A stretch of 63,758 bases of DNA, the filler included. It is 4 parts of 4 records of this genome, joined end to end, with 100 filler letters (N's around TTAATTAATTAA, not from the genome) between each part and the next. Parts side by side here need not be neighbours in the genome. Positions count along the whole stretch, not along the records: positions 27,117 to 42,811 come from DRR723986_11194; positions 42,912 to 58,074 come from DRR723986_11195; 2 more parts are not named here. One strand, 5' to 3'. Under the pieces are notes generated by a model that did not search any database, had not been told where the DNA came from, and saw only the letters and a program-made list of their open reading frames with translations. Below, piece by piece: positions 40,251 to 49,558 of this stretch (positions within the stretch are counted from its first letter, which is position 1; the number at the start of each line of letters is the position of its first letter). Both the position numbers and the translations under genes were made by a program.

Positions 40251-41675
40251 GTGCCAAAACACGATTCCGAAAAACGATTGTCCACGATCGAGAGCGCCAT
40301 CCATTTGAAGATGTCACCCCGATTGCTCGAGCATTTCACCAAGCGAGCGGTGAAATACAAAGAAAAAACAAAACTCCCTTGCGATATCGAAGACGAAGTT
40401 CGTTGGTATCGGAAGGAAGATCTTGACGAATTCGATGCATACCTGCGTGCGCCTTGGCCAAAAGGCAAGAACGCTCAGCGGCCAAGCCTACCAAGCAAGA
40501 TCAAAGAAGAAATTATGCTTGAGGCCGCGTGTGCTTGCCCGGTCTGTGGGTTCGAAAGCGCCGGGGAAGCCGCTCACATAGAGCCGGTCTCCAAGACGCT
40601 GAGTCACCACCCGTCCAACTTGATTTGGTTGTGCCCGAACCATCACACCGTCATCGATAAGGTTGCGGTGGCGAGCAATGTGAGGATGAGCACTGTCAAA
40701 GTTCTCAAGCAGATCATAGTGGACCGCCAATTGCGCGTTTGGCGATTGGAGCGCGCAGCCAGTAGCAGCATCCTTGAACTCATGCGAAATATAAAAACCC
40801 TCTTACTTCACTTGAGCAACAAAGATCTCGACGAGGCCAAAGCGGGCATCAATGCACTCGCCGAAAACGATCTCGAAACGCTCACAAAAGCGGCAAAAAA
40901 GGTTGCGGAAATTAAGGTATCCAAGGGCGATACGTTTGCTCTTTCAAAGCAGAAATTCGCGAAGAAGGTAGGCAAGGTCTCGGCCAAAACGAAAATTTCA
41001 GATCCCAAGAGTATCTCCACGTGGCAGGAGGAGGCTGAAAGAGAGCGCGAGACCTATCTATTGGAAACAGGACAGGTTGACTGCCCTCTTTGTGAAGGGG
41101 ATGGCGTCCGAAATGGTGATGATTGCCCACTTTGCCACGGCGAGAGTGCGTTGCCAGCCAATCTTGCCGAGCAGACTGATCTGTCGGATTTCGAAGAAAT
41201 AGACTGCCCCGTCTGCGATGGAGGTGGAGTTTTGCGGGGTGAACCCTGCAAGCTTTGTGACGGCGAAGCTCTAATGGAGAGGCGATTTGCAGCGCGGGTT
41301 GACCCCACCGACTATGACCTCGTGAACTGCCCAGTCTGCGAGGGCGAAGGTGTTCAAAACGGCGAGGACTGTCCATTCTGTGGCGGTGAGCGCGAGGTGG
41401 AAGCGCGTATTGCCGCAAATGTCGACCTATCTGAGTATGACCTTGTGGATTGTCGTCTTTGCGAAGGCTATGGATCTTACGATGGTTCTGATTGCCCCGC
41501 TTGCGGGGGAGAAAAACAAATGCCCAGCTATGCATCCGAACAGATGGATTGGGCGCAATTTGACATGGTGGATTGTCCGCGTTGCGATGGTTCAGGACAA
41601 GGCGACTACGGAGATTGCGAAGTTTGTGGCGGCGAGAGTAAAGTATCTCAGCGTTTCCGAGATCAGTATGAGTAA
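40251..41675 (+). CDS. HTH + HNH endonuclease + five CxxCxGxG zinc-finger repeats
   Basis: HTH_17-like LSTIESAIHLKMSPRLL…RWYRKEDLD; HNH CPVC…AAHIEP…NLIWLCPNHH; five 41-aa DnaJ-like Zn repeats; ORF open from 40104, start uncertain. Confidence 0.8.
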   Translation: MPKHDSEKRLSTIESAIHLKMSPRLLEHFTKRAVKYKEKTKLPCDIEDEVRWYRKEDLDEFDAYLRAPWPKGKNAQRPSLPSKIKEEIMLEAACACPVCGFESAGEAAHIEPVSKTLSHHPSNLIWLCPNHHTVIDKVAVASNVRMSTVKVLKQIIVDRQLRVWRLERAASSSILELMRNIKTLLLHLSNKDLDEAKAGINALAENDLETLTKAAKKVAEIKVSKGDTFALSKQKFAKKVGKVSAKTKISDPKSISTWQEEAERERETYLLETGQVDCPLCEGDGVRNGDDCPLCHGESALPANLAEQTDLSDFEEIDCPVCDGGGVLRGEPCKLCDGEALMERRFAARVDPTDYDLVNCPVCEGEGVQNGEDCPFCGGEREVEARIAANVDLSEYDLVDCRLCEGYGSYDGSDCPACGGEKQMPSYASEQMDWAQFDMVDCPRCDGSGQGDYGDCEVCGGESKVSQRFRDQYE

Positions 41676-41988
41676 ACTATTGAAGCGACAAACACGCGTC
41701 CAAGCGGCGATCCAGCCCTCAAAACGAGCGTTCATTTGAAGGATTTGGCTTTTTGTTCAAATTGAATGCGCACTCTTACCATTGCGAGCGGGCTAGGCTT
41801 CGCCAGTCTTGGCAAACATCACCTCGACTACTCACGCCCGAGTTTCCTGATGATCGAATAAATCGATACCCTTCTAGCTAGTTCTGAATTGATTTCGTCA
41901 CACGACCATTTCCAACCCGGTGGCGAAGACGGGTATCCTGGACCCCGCCGCACTGCTAGCTTCAGCACTAAGTTCTCGGAGGTCTTGG

Positions 41989-42441
41989 ATGAAAAACCCA
42001 CATTTAGCTGCTATGAATTTTGCTGCAGATTTTGGGGCGATGGAATATGCCATGAAGCGGTCCCCAAACTATCGGCGCAAGAAGAAAGTGATCGCAGAGG
42101 CGGATTGGGACGCATTTGCGAAAGACTTGGGACAGGAGTTCTTCGATCAGATCGTGAAGTCTGGGATCGCAAAAACCCTGATCGGGGAGCCACCGCGACG
42201 CCTTCTCGCTGACATGCAGTGGGATCCTCCCAACCCAGCCCCACTCTCAAATGTAGCGCAACTCATAATCAATGGGGTCTGCCGAGTGAGAAATAGTTAT
42301 TTTCATGGTGAAAAGTTCACGGGCGGACCGGTAGGGCAATGGGAGCGCGATGCTAAGCTCATTGAAGAAGCTCACGCAGTACTCAAAATCGCTGGAGAAT
42401 TCGCGTTCAATCAGCTGCGCGATGTTGGCGATCCCGTTTGA
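41989..42441 (+). CDS. Stand-alone HEPN-like protein
   Basis: RNSYFHGEK (Rx4H) motif; EYAMKR…ADWDAFA; GGAGG RBS before the ATG at 41989. Confidence 0.65.
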   Translation: MKNPHLAAMNFAADFGAMEYAMKRSPNYRRKKKVIAEADWDAFAKDLGQEFFDQIVKSGIAKTLIGEPPRRLLADMQWDPPNPAPLSNVAQLIINGVCRVRNSYFHGEKFTGGPVGQWERDAKLIEEAHAVLKIAGEFAFNQLRDVGDPV

Positions 42442-42811
42442 CCTGAGTCCCAATTCGTCGCCAGATAGTCTGCCTTTGCGCTTCAGCTCGCCTAGAGCCA
42501 ATGTCCGGTTCGGTGAAGTTGCATTGCGGCGCAACATCGCTTGATGAATGGCAGCTTTGGGCCGTTCACTTAACTTCACAAAACCTGTGTGCAATGCAGA
42601 CCATCCGTCTCTACAGATCACAGCATCGTACCTTGTGCGAGAAGGCTGTGACCTGCTTCCAGATCTACAAGCCTCGAGCACGATGGACCTATCAGACGCT
42701 ACACGCCCGCAACGTTTTACAAAAACCCCGCGGTTACGAGCTCGCGTTTGGCGCGTTCGACGGTGCGAATGTGACAGCCGAGGGATTGCGCGATTGTGCG
42801 ATGTGTTTGAC

Positions 42812-42911
42812 NNNNNNNNNNNNNNNNNNNNNNNNNNNNNNNNNNNNNNNNNNNNTTAATTAATTAANNNNNNNNNNNNNNNNNNNNNNNNNNNNNNNNN
42901 NNNNNNNNNNN
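42812..42911. other. Artificial contig spacer
   Basis: N run with TTAATTAATTAA. Confidence 0.98.
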
Positions 42912-43827
42912 GCACCTGCTCTATTCGCGCTTCTTTGCCCGCGCGATGCAGATCACCGGACACTTGCCCGATAAAGCCATCGAACCGTTCAACGCCTTGT
43001 TCACCCAAGGCATGGTCACGCATGAAATCTACCAGACCCCCGGCGAAAATGGCCGCCCGGTCTATCACCTCCCTGAGGACGTGACCGACGGCAAATTGGC
43101 GGACGGCACCGAGGTTGAAATCATCCCCTCGGCCAAAATGTCCAAGTCCAAAAAGAACGTGGTCGACCCAGTCAGCATCATCTCGGCCTTTGGCGCAGAC
43201 ACCGCGCGCTGGTTTGTTCTGTCCGATTCCCCACCCGAACGGGATGTGGAATGGACCGCCTCTGGCGCCGAAGCCGCACATAAACACCTGAACCGTGTTT
43301 GGAACCTGTGCGATAAAATCGGCGCGATGGACGTGGATGCAAAGGGCACAGGCGACGACGAGCTGCTGCGCGAAACCCACAAAGCCATCCATGACGTGAC
43401 CGTCGGTCTTGAATCTTTTGGCTTCAACGCCTCGATTGCCCGGCTTTACGGCTTCACCAACGCCTTGGCGAAATCCAAAGCCGGTCACGCCGCCCAAAAG
43501 CAAGCGATCATGACCTTGGCCCAGCTGATGTCACCGATGACCCCCCACCTGTCCGAAGACATCTGGGCCCATCAGGGTGGCACAGGCTTGATCGCAACCG
43601 CCCCATGGCCCGTCGCGGACGAGGCGATGCTGGTGAACGACACCGTTACATTGCCAATCCAGATCAACGGCAAACGGCGCGCAGAAATCAGCGTGCCCGC
43701 CGATATGAACAAAGCCGAGGTTGAAAAAATCGCGCTGGCCACACATGCTGTGCAAAAGGCACTGGATGGGGCCCAGCCGAAAAAGATCATCGTTGTCCCC
43801 GGTCGGATCGTGAACGTTGTTGTTTAA
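42912..43827 (+). CDS. leuS: Leucine--tRNA ligase (5'-truncated by contig edge)
   Basis: [32 protein letters not shown]-terminal [12 protein letters not shown]. Confidence 0.95.
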
Positions 43828-44314
43828 ACTCAAAACCCTGCTGCTGATCCCGCTGGCATTGATCTCTTTGATGATCTCTGCCTGCGGGTTTGAACCGGTC
43901 TATGGCACTGGCGGCACCGGATCGGCCCTGCGCGGCAAGGTCGAGGTATTGGCCCCCGACACAATCGATACCTACCTGCTGGTCCAGAATCTGGAACAGC
44001 GGCTTGGCCGGTCTTCAAATGCGGAATATGACCTGAACGTCACCCTAGACACAGAATTTCAGGGTCAGGCCATCACCGCATCAAACGAAACCACCCGCTA
44101 TTCCATCGTGGGTCAGGTCGACTACACCCTGATGTCGGTCGAAACCGGCGACATCGTGGCCTCGGGCAATGTGCGCAACTTCACCGGCTATTCGGCAACC
44201 GGTTCAACGGTCGACACACTGGCCAGTGAACGCGACGCGCGCAAACGTCTGATGATGATTCTTGCCGATCAGCTGACAACACAGCTCTATGCCACCGTGG
44301 AATTGCCCAAATGA
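43817..44314 (+). CDS. lptE: LPS assembly lipoprotein LptE
   Basis: [11 protein letters not shown] lipobox; leuS-lptE-holA synteny. Confidence 0.88.
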   Translation: MLFKLKTLLLIPLALISLMISACGFEPVYGTGGTGSALRGKVEVLAPDTIDTYLLVQNLEQRLGRSSNAEYDLNVTLDTEFQGQAITASNETTRYSIVGQVDYTLMSVETGDIVASGNVRNFTGYSATGSTVDTLASERDARKRLMMILADQLTTQLYATVELPK

Positions 44315-45339
44315 AACTTACCCCGCGCGAGGCAGATGGATATTTTGCCAAGCCTGACGCGGGCAAAACCGGCCTGTTGATCTATGGCGCGGATGCCATG
44401 CGCGTGGCGCTCAAACGCCAACAGGTACTGGCCGCCCTGCTTGGCCCCACTGCCGACGAGGAAATGCGCCTGACCCGGATACCCGGCGCGGATCTGCGTA
44501 AAGATCCCGCTCAGGTCGTGGACGCCATCAAAGCAGTTGGCTTTTTCCCGGGTCGCCGTGCGGCGTTTATCGAAGACGTCACAGATACCGCCGCCCCTGC
44601 GATTCTGGCCGCACTGCAGGATTGGGAACCCGGTGATGCGCAACTCATCGTCACCGCCGGTCAGCTCAAAGCCACCTCGAAAATCCGCAAAGCGTTCGAA
44701 TCCCACCCAAACGCCTTTGCCGTCGGCATTTACGACGATCCCCCCTCGCGGGCCGAGATTGAGCGTACCCTGGCCGAGGCCGGAATGTCCTCTGTCCCAC
44801 GGGATTCGATGTCGGCCCTGACCGAGCTTGCCAATGATCTGGGTCCCGGCGACTTCACCCAAACCATTGAAAAACTCGCGCTCTACAAACGCGGCGACAC
44901 GTCCGAGCTCAGCATCGAAGACATCGAAGCCTGCGCGCCCCAATCCACCGAGGCCGCACTTGATGATGTGCTGAACGTGGTGGCCGAAGCCAAAGCCGGT
45001 GAAATCGGCCCGCTGATCCGCCGGCTACAGGCCCAAGGCACCAACGCCGTCAGCCTGTGTATCGGGGCCACGCGCCATTTCCGCATCCTCTATGCCTGCG
45101 CCTCGGACCCCGGTGGCCCGGCTGCGGGCATCGGACGACTACGCCCGCCCGTTTACGGCAAACGCCGGGATCGCATCCTGCGTCAGGCCCAAGCATGGGG
45201 CCCGCACAAATTGGAAACCGCATTGACCGTGCTGACAGATACCGACCTTTCGCTGCGATCCGCGGGTCAGACTGCGCCTGCAATGGCGTTGATGGAACGG
45301 GCCTTGATCCGCATGGCAATGCTGGCGCGATCACGCTAA
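44311..45339 (+). CDS. holA: DNA polymerase III subunit delta
   Basis: LLIYGAD, EKLALY; conserved synteny. Confidence 0.9.
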   Translation: MKLTPREADGYFAKPDAGKTGLLIYGADAMRVALKRQQVLAALLGPTADEEMRLTRIPGADLRKDPAQVVDAIKAVGFFPGRRAAFIEDVTDTAAPAILAALQDWEPGDAQLIVTAGQLKATSKIRKAFESHPNAFAVGIYDDPPSRAEIERTLAEAGMSSVPRDSMSALTELANDLGPGDFTQTIEKLALYKRGDTSELSIEDIEACAPQSTEAALDDVLNVVAEAKAGEIGPLIRRLQAQGTNAVSLCIGATRHFRILYACASDPGGPAAGIGRLRPPVYGKRRDRILRQAQAWGPHKLETALTVLTDTDLSLRSAGQTAPAMALMERALIRMAMLARSR

Positions 45340-45424
45340 CGCGATCTGACGAGGCGTCCCGGTTGACCTTTGGTCCGCTGTCCCCAAGTTTGCGGATAAG
45401 TTGATCAAATAGGGACGTCACCTC

Positions 45425-46021
45425 ATGTACAAAATCTATGGCCGCTTTCAAAGCCGCGCCTCGCGGGTCATCTGGTTGCTCGAAGAGCTGGGCCAAGAGT
45501 ATGAATTCATCGACGTTGGTCCCCACGACCCCCAAGTCGCTGAGCTGAACGTATCGGGCAAAATACCTGTGCTGGTCGATGGCGATGCGGTGCTGACTGA
45601 TTCCGTCGCGATCATGACCTATCTCGCGGACAAACACGGGGAATTCACCTATCCCGCTGGCACCGTTGAACGCGCACAGCAAGACGCGCTGACCCATGCT
45701 ATCAACGACGAATTCGATGCGCTGCTCTGGACCGCGATGCGCCACCGGGTCATCCTGCCCGAAGACAAACGCGTTCCGGCAATTGCTGAAAGCCTGATGT
45801 GGGAATTTGACCGCAATTTCCAGCGCATGGCAGAGCGTGCCAAAGGCCCCTACCTGCAGGGCGACAAGATGACGATTGCCGATATCCTGTGTGTGCATTG
45901 CATGAACTGGGCGCACGGTGTCGGGTTCCCAATGAACAGCGACAGCATGAAGGCCTACGGCAAACTTGTGCGCTCTCGCGAAGCGCCTGCCCGCATGGCA
46001 GCTTTGGTCAAAAAAGACTGA
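45425..46021 (+). CDS. Glutathione S-transferase family protein
   Basis: SRASRVIWLLEELG, NVSGKIPVL, TDSVAI, TIADI. Confidence 0.92.
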   Translation: MYKIYGRFQSRASRVIWLLEELGQEYEFIDVGPHDPQVAELNVSGKIPVLVDGDAVLTDSVAIMTYLADKHGEFTYPAGTVERAQQDALTHAINDEFDALLWTAMRHRVILPEDKRVPAIAESLMWEFDRNFQRMAERAKGPYLQGDKMTIADILCVHCMNWAHGVGFPMNSDSMKAYGKLVRSREAPARMAALVKKD

Positions 46022-46022
46022 T

Positions 46023-47213
46023 CTATTTGGTCTGGCGCAGGTATTCTGCGGCAGACCGCCCCGCCCATCGCCCGGTCGCCAGACACGCGGTGAGCAGATA
46101 GCCCCCGGTCGGGGCCTCCCAATCCAACATCTCTCCGGCGCAGAACACACCCGGTATGGCGGTCAGCATCAGCCCGTCGGTCATTGCGTCCTGACGCACG
46201 CCCCCCGCGGTTGAGATCGCCTCATCCATCGGTCTGAGTCCCTCATGATCAATGCGCAGCCCTTTGATCATCCGCGCAAGGTCTTCCGGCTTTGCAGGAA
46301 GAGGTCGCCCAAATTCCTGCAACAGGGCCAGACGCGCCACACCCAGCTTCAACGCCTTGCGCAGATGATTGGCCATACTCGTCTTTCCGCGCGGCTTGCT
46401 CAATCGTTTGATAACCTCGGCCTCGCTCAGGTCTGGCAACAGATCGATGCTCAGGTCTGCGCCCTCGCGCACGGATTTGCTGATCGTGTAAATCCCGCCC
46501 CCTTCAAGCCCGCGCTGTGAAATCACCGCCTCGCCGCGCGTAAAGGTATCGCCCGCGCGCAAGGCCACACCTTTCAGTGGTTCGCCAAACATCGGCTTCA
46601 TGTGATCGGACCAGTTCACCAAGACCCCGGCATTGGCCGCCGCAAAGGGTGCCAGCGCAACACCACGATCCGCCAACAACGGTGCCCACGCACCATCAGA
46701 CCCTAACCGGGACCAGCTCGCCCCGCCCAAGGCCAAGATCGTGACATCGGCTGATGCCAATTGCGTCCCCTCTGGCGTGTCAAAGCGCAAGGCCGCGTCC
46801 TCCCATCCGGTCCATCGCCAGCGGGTGCGCAGCTCGACTCCCATCTCTGTCAGTCGCGCCATCCACGCCCGCAACAGGGGCGAAGCCTTCATCGCTTTCG
46901 GAAAAACACGACCCGTTGAACCGGTAAACAGCTCTTGCCCCAGATCGCGCGCCCAATTTTGTACGATTTGGGCATCAAACTCCCCAATCATTGGCCGCAG
47001 CCAGTCTGCCGCCTCGCCATAGGCATGCATCAGATCATCCAGTGGCTCGTCTTTGGTCAGGTTCAGACCCGACTTACCCGCCATCAGAAATTTGCGTGCA
47101 GCCGACGGTTTTGCCTCAACAATCAGCACCTTACAGCCTGCGTGGGCCAATTCCTCGGCCGCCATTAAACCGGCTGGGCCTGCTCCGATTACAACTGCTT
47201 GTGCCATTGCCAT
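46023..47213 (-). CDS. HI0933/BaiN-like flavoprotein (TIGR03862 type)
   Basis: GAGPAG, RKFLMAGKSGLNLT, EAISTAGGV, GEMLDWEAPTGGYLL. Confidence 0.88.
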   Translation of the reverse strand: MAMAQAVVIGAGPAGLMAAEELAHAGCKVLIVEAKPSAARKFLMAGKSGLNLTKDEPLDDLMHAYGEAADWLRPMIGEFDAQIVQNWARDLGQELFTGSTGRVFPKAMKASPLLRAWMARLTEMGVELRTRWRWTGWEDAALRFDTPEGTQLASADVTILALGGASWSRLGSDGAWAPLLADRGVALAPFAAANAGVLVNWSDHMKPMFGEPLKGVALRAGDTFTRGEAVISQRGLEGGGIYTISKSVREGADLSIDLLPDLSEAEVIKRLSKPRGKTSMANHLRKALKLGVARLALLQEFGRPLPAKPEDLARMIKGLRIDHEGLRPMDEAISTAGGVRQDAMTDGLMLTAIPGVFCAGEMLDWEAPTGGYLLTACLATGRWAGRSAAEYLRQTK

Positions 47214-47335
47214 GCCTCTTGTCCCTCGCGCCCAATGGCACAATCTGTGTTCAAAACGTACAAAATCAGACCCGAAATGTACGATCTTATCCGCGCATTG
47301 TGCCCTTACCCGGTCTCAGCTGGCGAGATAAGCTG

Positions 47336-48076
47336 TTAAGTCCCGATATGGATCAGATCGCCAAACGCATCTTTTTGGGGTGCGTTCAAGCCAGCGATCT
47401 CTAACCCCAGATAATCTGGCGAAGGGACAAAGGCAGCATCGGGGATGTGTTGAATTTCCAATGTCGTATAGGGCCGTTTCCAAAGCCATTCCCGGTTCGC
47501 CACAGACCAGAGATCGGGTTCGGGCGGGTGTTCATCCGTAAAGGCATAAAAGTGCAGATCGAACCCATAAGGCGCAACCTCTTGCACAGATAACAGACGC
47601 ATTCCCAATGACTTAAACACCGCCTCTTCCGCCTGAATACCCCCACTGCGCAGCGTGATTTGACCAATGCAGGCCGTGGCAAAGGGGGCGTTGGCATCCC
47701 CTGCACCCTCTGGACGACTGTCTTGAAAATCATGCTGCAACAGCTCGATCACGAACCCTTGGGGATCGCTCAAATGCGCCATGTAGCCGATATCAAGAAA
47801 CTGCTGCGGATCACCAACCTGCACGCCCATCGCGCGCAGGTGATCCACCGCATGATCCACGTTTGGCACGGTGATCCCGATCTTCCAATAACGTTGCCCT
47901 CTGTCGTGCGTGTATCCACCACCATCCGGACACAAGATCAGATCTGCGTCCTGCCCCGGATACCCAACACGCCAGTTCACCCCATCTTGGCGAACCTGCA
48001 TGCCCAACGCATTGATATAAAAAGCTGAAAGATCACCGGGGTTTGCGACCCGCAGTCGAACGCCAGAAAGCCTCAT
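47336..48076 (-). CDS. VOC family protein (two-domain)
   Basis: FYINALGM, DPQGFVIELLQ; ATGA overlap with the upstream gene. Confidence 0.8.
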   Translation of the reverse strand: MRLSGVRLRVANPGDLSAFYINALGMQVRQDGVNWRVGYPGQDADLILCPDGGGYTHDRGQRYWKIGITVPNVDHAVDHLRAMGVQVGDPQQFLDIGYMAHLSDPQGFVIELLQHDFQDSRPEGAGDANAPFATACIGQITLRSGGIQAEEAVFKSLGMRLLSVQEVAPYGFDLHFYAFTDEHPPEPDLWSVANREWLWKRPYTTLEIQHIPDAAFVPSPDYLGLEIAGLNAPQKDAFGDLIHIGT

Positions 48077-48681
48077 GCGCACATTTCTGCGATTCCGGCT
48101 GCGATGGCTGGCTTTGCGGCGATGCTATCGGCCACCAATTCACGCGCGACATCCATAAGCGCATCCGGTTCAACCACGCGATCGACAAGGCCAAAGCCAT
48201 ACGCCTCGTCCGCCATGATTTTTTGCCCGGCCATGAAAATCAGCTTGGTGCGCGACGGACCAATCAGGGCAGACATCCGTTTGGGATCAGAGGGTTGGGG
48301 CAAAAAGCCCAGCTTCATCACCGGATAAAAGAACTTGGCTGTCGGAACCGCGATCCGCAGATCGCATGCCAGTGCCATGCCATTTGAGCCGCCCGCCAAG
48401 GTTCCGTTCAGTGCCGCAATCGTCAAGCAGGGCAGCGCCGCAATCGCGCCAGACAAGCGTTCCCACAGGTCCGAAGTGGCAAGTCCAGCTTTGGCCGCCT
48501 CAAGATCAGCGCCCGCGCTGAACACTTTGCCCGCACCGGTCAGGATCAGCGCCTTAGCCTCAGTCGCGGATTCAGCAATTTCGGCCAATTCACGCAGCAT
48601 ATCTTCGGTCAGTGAGTTTGCCTTGTCGGGGCGGTTGATCGTTACGATCCACAGCCCGTTGTCTTTGCTCAGTTCAATCAT
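48073..48681 (-). CDS. Enoyl-CoA hydratase/isomerase family protein
   Basis: NRPDKANSL, FSAGADL, LNGTLAGG…ACDLRIA. Confidence 0.9.
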   Translation of the reverse strand: MIELSKDNGLWIVTINRPDKANSLTEDMLRELAEIAESATEAKALILTGAGKVFSAGADLEAAKAGLATSDLWERLSGAIAALPCLTIAALNGTLAGGSNGMALACDLRIAVPTAKFFYPVMKLGFLPQPSDPKRMSALIGPSRTKLIFMAGQKIMADEAYGFGLVDRVVEPDALMDVARELVADSIAAKPAIAAGIAEMCA

Positions 48682-49427
48682 ATCAGGCCAACCCGTTTCC
48701 GAATGCCTTCATCCCGCAATGAGATTTCAGTACCGACAAATTCATCCGCATCCTTTGAACACATCCACAGCAAGGTCTTCGCTGGCCAATCGGCAGGAAC
48801 GTGATCCTCCCACGCCAGCTTGCTGATTGGGTTGATGCCCGATGATTTGATTTCACGCTGCATCTGGGTGGCGACGGTTCCCGGCGACAGACCCATGGCG
48901 CGGATGCCCTGCGCGCGCTCTTCTTTGTCCAAGCAAGAGGTCAGCATTGCCGCCCCGGCTTTGGAAGAACAATAGTGGCTCCATGCCTCAACCGGGCCAT
49001 GCGCCGCGCCCGAACTGATGGTCAGAATGCTGCCACCACCGGCTTTTTGCATCACAGGCAGTGCGGCGCGCATGCCGTAGAATACGCCCTTGAGGTTGAT
49101 GTCGATGACCTTACCCCACTCGGCGGGATCAGCGGTGGCGAGGTGCGAAATCGGTTCGATAACCCCAGCGTTTCCGATCAGGACGTCCAACCCACCAAAC
49201 CGATCAACACAGGTCTGAACGGCGGCTTCGACCTGGGCATAGTCGCTGACGTCGCAAGGGATGGCGATTGCCTGATCACCAATTTCTGCTGCGAGTTCAG
49301 TGATATGATCCGCACCGCGCGCCACCAAAGCGACATTGGCCCCTGCACTGGCAAAAACACGCCCAGCTTCGGCCCCTATTCCGCGGCTTGCACCGGTGAT
49401 TAGAACTGTTTTTCCACGCAAATCCAT
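48678..49427 (-). CDS. SDR family oxidoreductase
   Basis: TGASRGIG, NAG, YCSSK. Confidence 0.92.
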   Translation of the reverse strand: MDLRGKTVLITGASRGIGAEAGRVFASAGANVALVARGADHITELAAEIGDQAIAIPCDVSDYAQVEAAVQTCVDRFGGLDVLIGNAGVIEPISHLATADPAEWGKVIDINLKGVFYGMRAALPVMQKAGGGSILTISSGAAHGPVEAWSHYCSSKAGAAMLTSCLDKEERAQGIRAMGLSPGTVATQMQREIKSSGINPISKLAWEDHVPADWPAKTLLWMCSKDADEFVGTEISLRDEGIRKRVGLI

Positions 49428-49558
49428 TGATTTTCCCCCTGAACACATATCTTGAGGTCAGTGGTACTGTGCCGGGGGGAGCGGGTCCACCCCTTGCCCC
49501 TTGACGCCTGCAACGTGAGCGCAGACCATACGCCAAATTGATCGAGAAGGGTTCACTT

